Shown here piece by piece: positions 63,393 through 64,000 of a DNA stretch of 64,000 bases. The translations under genes and the position numbers were made by a program. Position 1 is the stretch's first letter; the number at the start of each line of letters is the position of its first letter. This DNA is from Planctomycetaceae bacterium. Lineage in GTDB: Bacteria; Planctomycetota; Phycisphaerae; Phycisphaerales; UBA5793. The stretch covers positions 346,373-410,372 of the forward strand of contig JBDZVA010000002.1 of NCBI GenBank assembly GCA_040255465.1, in the 5' to 3' direction. The notes beneath the pieces were generated by a model. The model was not told where the DNA came from, ran no database searches, and saw only the letters and a program-made list of their open reading frames with translations.

Positions 63393-64000
63393 ATGCGGAT
63401 CGCCATCGATGTGATGGGCGGCGATCACGCGCCAGGCGCCATCCTCGACGGCGCGTTTGCGGCCCTCGGGTCGCTCGATCCCGGTGATGAACTCCTGCTC
63501 GTGGGCAAGGGCGACGTCATCCGCAACGCGATGGCTGCGCATGGCGTGCGTGATGCGCGCGTCTCGGTGGTTGACGCGCCTGATGAGATTGGCATGGACG
63601 AATCGCCCGTCGAGGCGGTCCGGACCAAGCCGAAGAGTTCCATCGTCGTCATGTCTGAGCTGGCGCACCGTCGGGCTGAAGACAGTGCCGACATCGTCAT
63701 GTCCGCGGGAAACACCGGGGCATGTGTCTGTGCGGCCCAGATGTCCTTGCGTCGCCTGCCGGGCGTGCACCGCCCGGGCATCGCGGTCATCCTGCCGACG
63801 TTTGGCGGGCCGGTCGTTTTGTGCGACGTCGGCGCCAATCCGGATCCACGGCCGTCTCACCTGGCCCAATACGGGCTGATGGGTGAGGTGTATGCCCGGG
63901 AGATGCTCGGCATCGCCAACCCTCGGGTCGCGATGATGAACATCGGAGGAGAAGAGGGCAAGGGCACGGGATTGATCAAGGCCACTCGTGATCAACTCAG
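63393..64000 (+). CDS. plsX: Phosphate acyltransferase PlsX (3' end outside window)
   Basis: My own translation from the ATG at 63393 reads MRIAIDVMGGDHAPGAILDG..., later SAGNTGA and CDVGAN. The frame is open to the window end, so it is absent from the ORF table. Confidence 0.9.
   Translation, partial: MRIAIDVMGGDHAPGAILDGAFAALGSLDPGDELLLVGKGDVIRNAMAAHGVRDARVSVVDAPDEIGMDESPVEAVRTKPKSSIVVMSELAHRRAEDSADIVMSAGNTGACVCAAQMSLRRLPGVHRPGIAVILPTFGGPVVLCDVGANPDPRPSHLAQYGLMGEVYAREMLGIANPRVAMMNIGGEEGKGTGLIKATRDQL

Overview
This is a high-G+C bacterial chromosomal segment that is densely coding on both strands. All calls come from reading the supplied ORF translations and the DNA by eye; no searches were run. 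Gene content (futalosine-type menaquinone enzyme, lpxB, smc, dispersed nuo genes, many secreted TPR/HEAT/propeller proteins, GTAGG-type REP hairpins) suggests a Planctomycetota/Phycisphaerae-like organism, but that is a weak inference.

I can support about 57 protein genes, one tRNA-Lys(CUU), two REP-like hairpin families, one REP-associated tyrosine transposase (RAYT) and two copies of a 274-bp MITE-like palindromic element.

Housekeeping genes include smc, lpxB, nadA, an fpg/nei-family glycosylase, nrdR, rpmF, plsX (3' truncated), nuoD, nuoE, nuoF, a methylmalonyl-CoA-mutase-type large subunit, an MqnC/MqnE-type radical SAM enzyme, a class-I/II-type deacetylase, a TlpA-like thioredoxin, and an ABC binding protein with one permease.

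The regions most worth a second look are:
1. A minus-strand operon (32.2-38.8 kb). A 1235-aa Maf-like (DUF115/MptE-like) protein, fused to a nucleotidyltransferase-like module and a cysteine-less radical-SAM-like module, heads a minimal neuA-neuB-neuC CMP-sialic-acid pathway.
2. A complete, translationally coupled six-gene ebo cluster (eboD-A-B-E-C-F, 56.9-62.7 kb) next to tRNA-Lys. Its product is still unknown in any organism.
3. A REP-RAYT-REP unit plus a REP-bracketed small membrane ORF (19.0-20.3 kb).
4. Two direct MITE-like copies bracketing a lower-G+C zinc-ribbon membrane ORF (2.96-4.30 kb).
5. nuoD-nuoE separated from nuoF by about 21.4 kb, with nuoDE apparently co-transcribed with two tiny ORFs and a LemA gene.
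6. A LemA / M48 peptidase / DUF3137-like membrane module.

No CRISPR array, rRNA, integrase or obvious prophage was seen.
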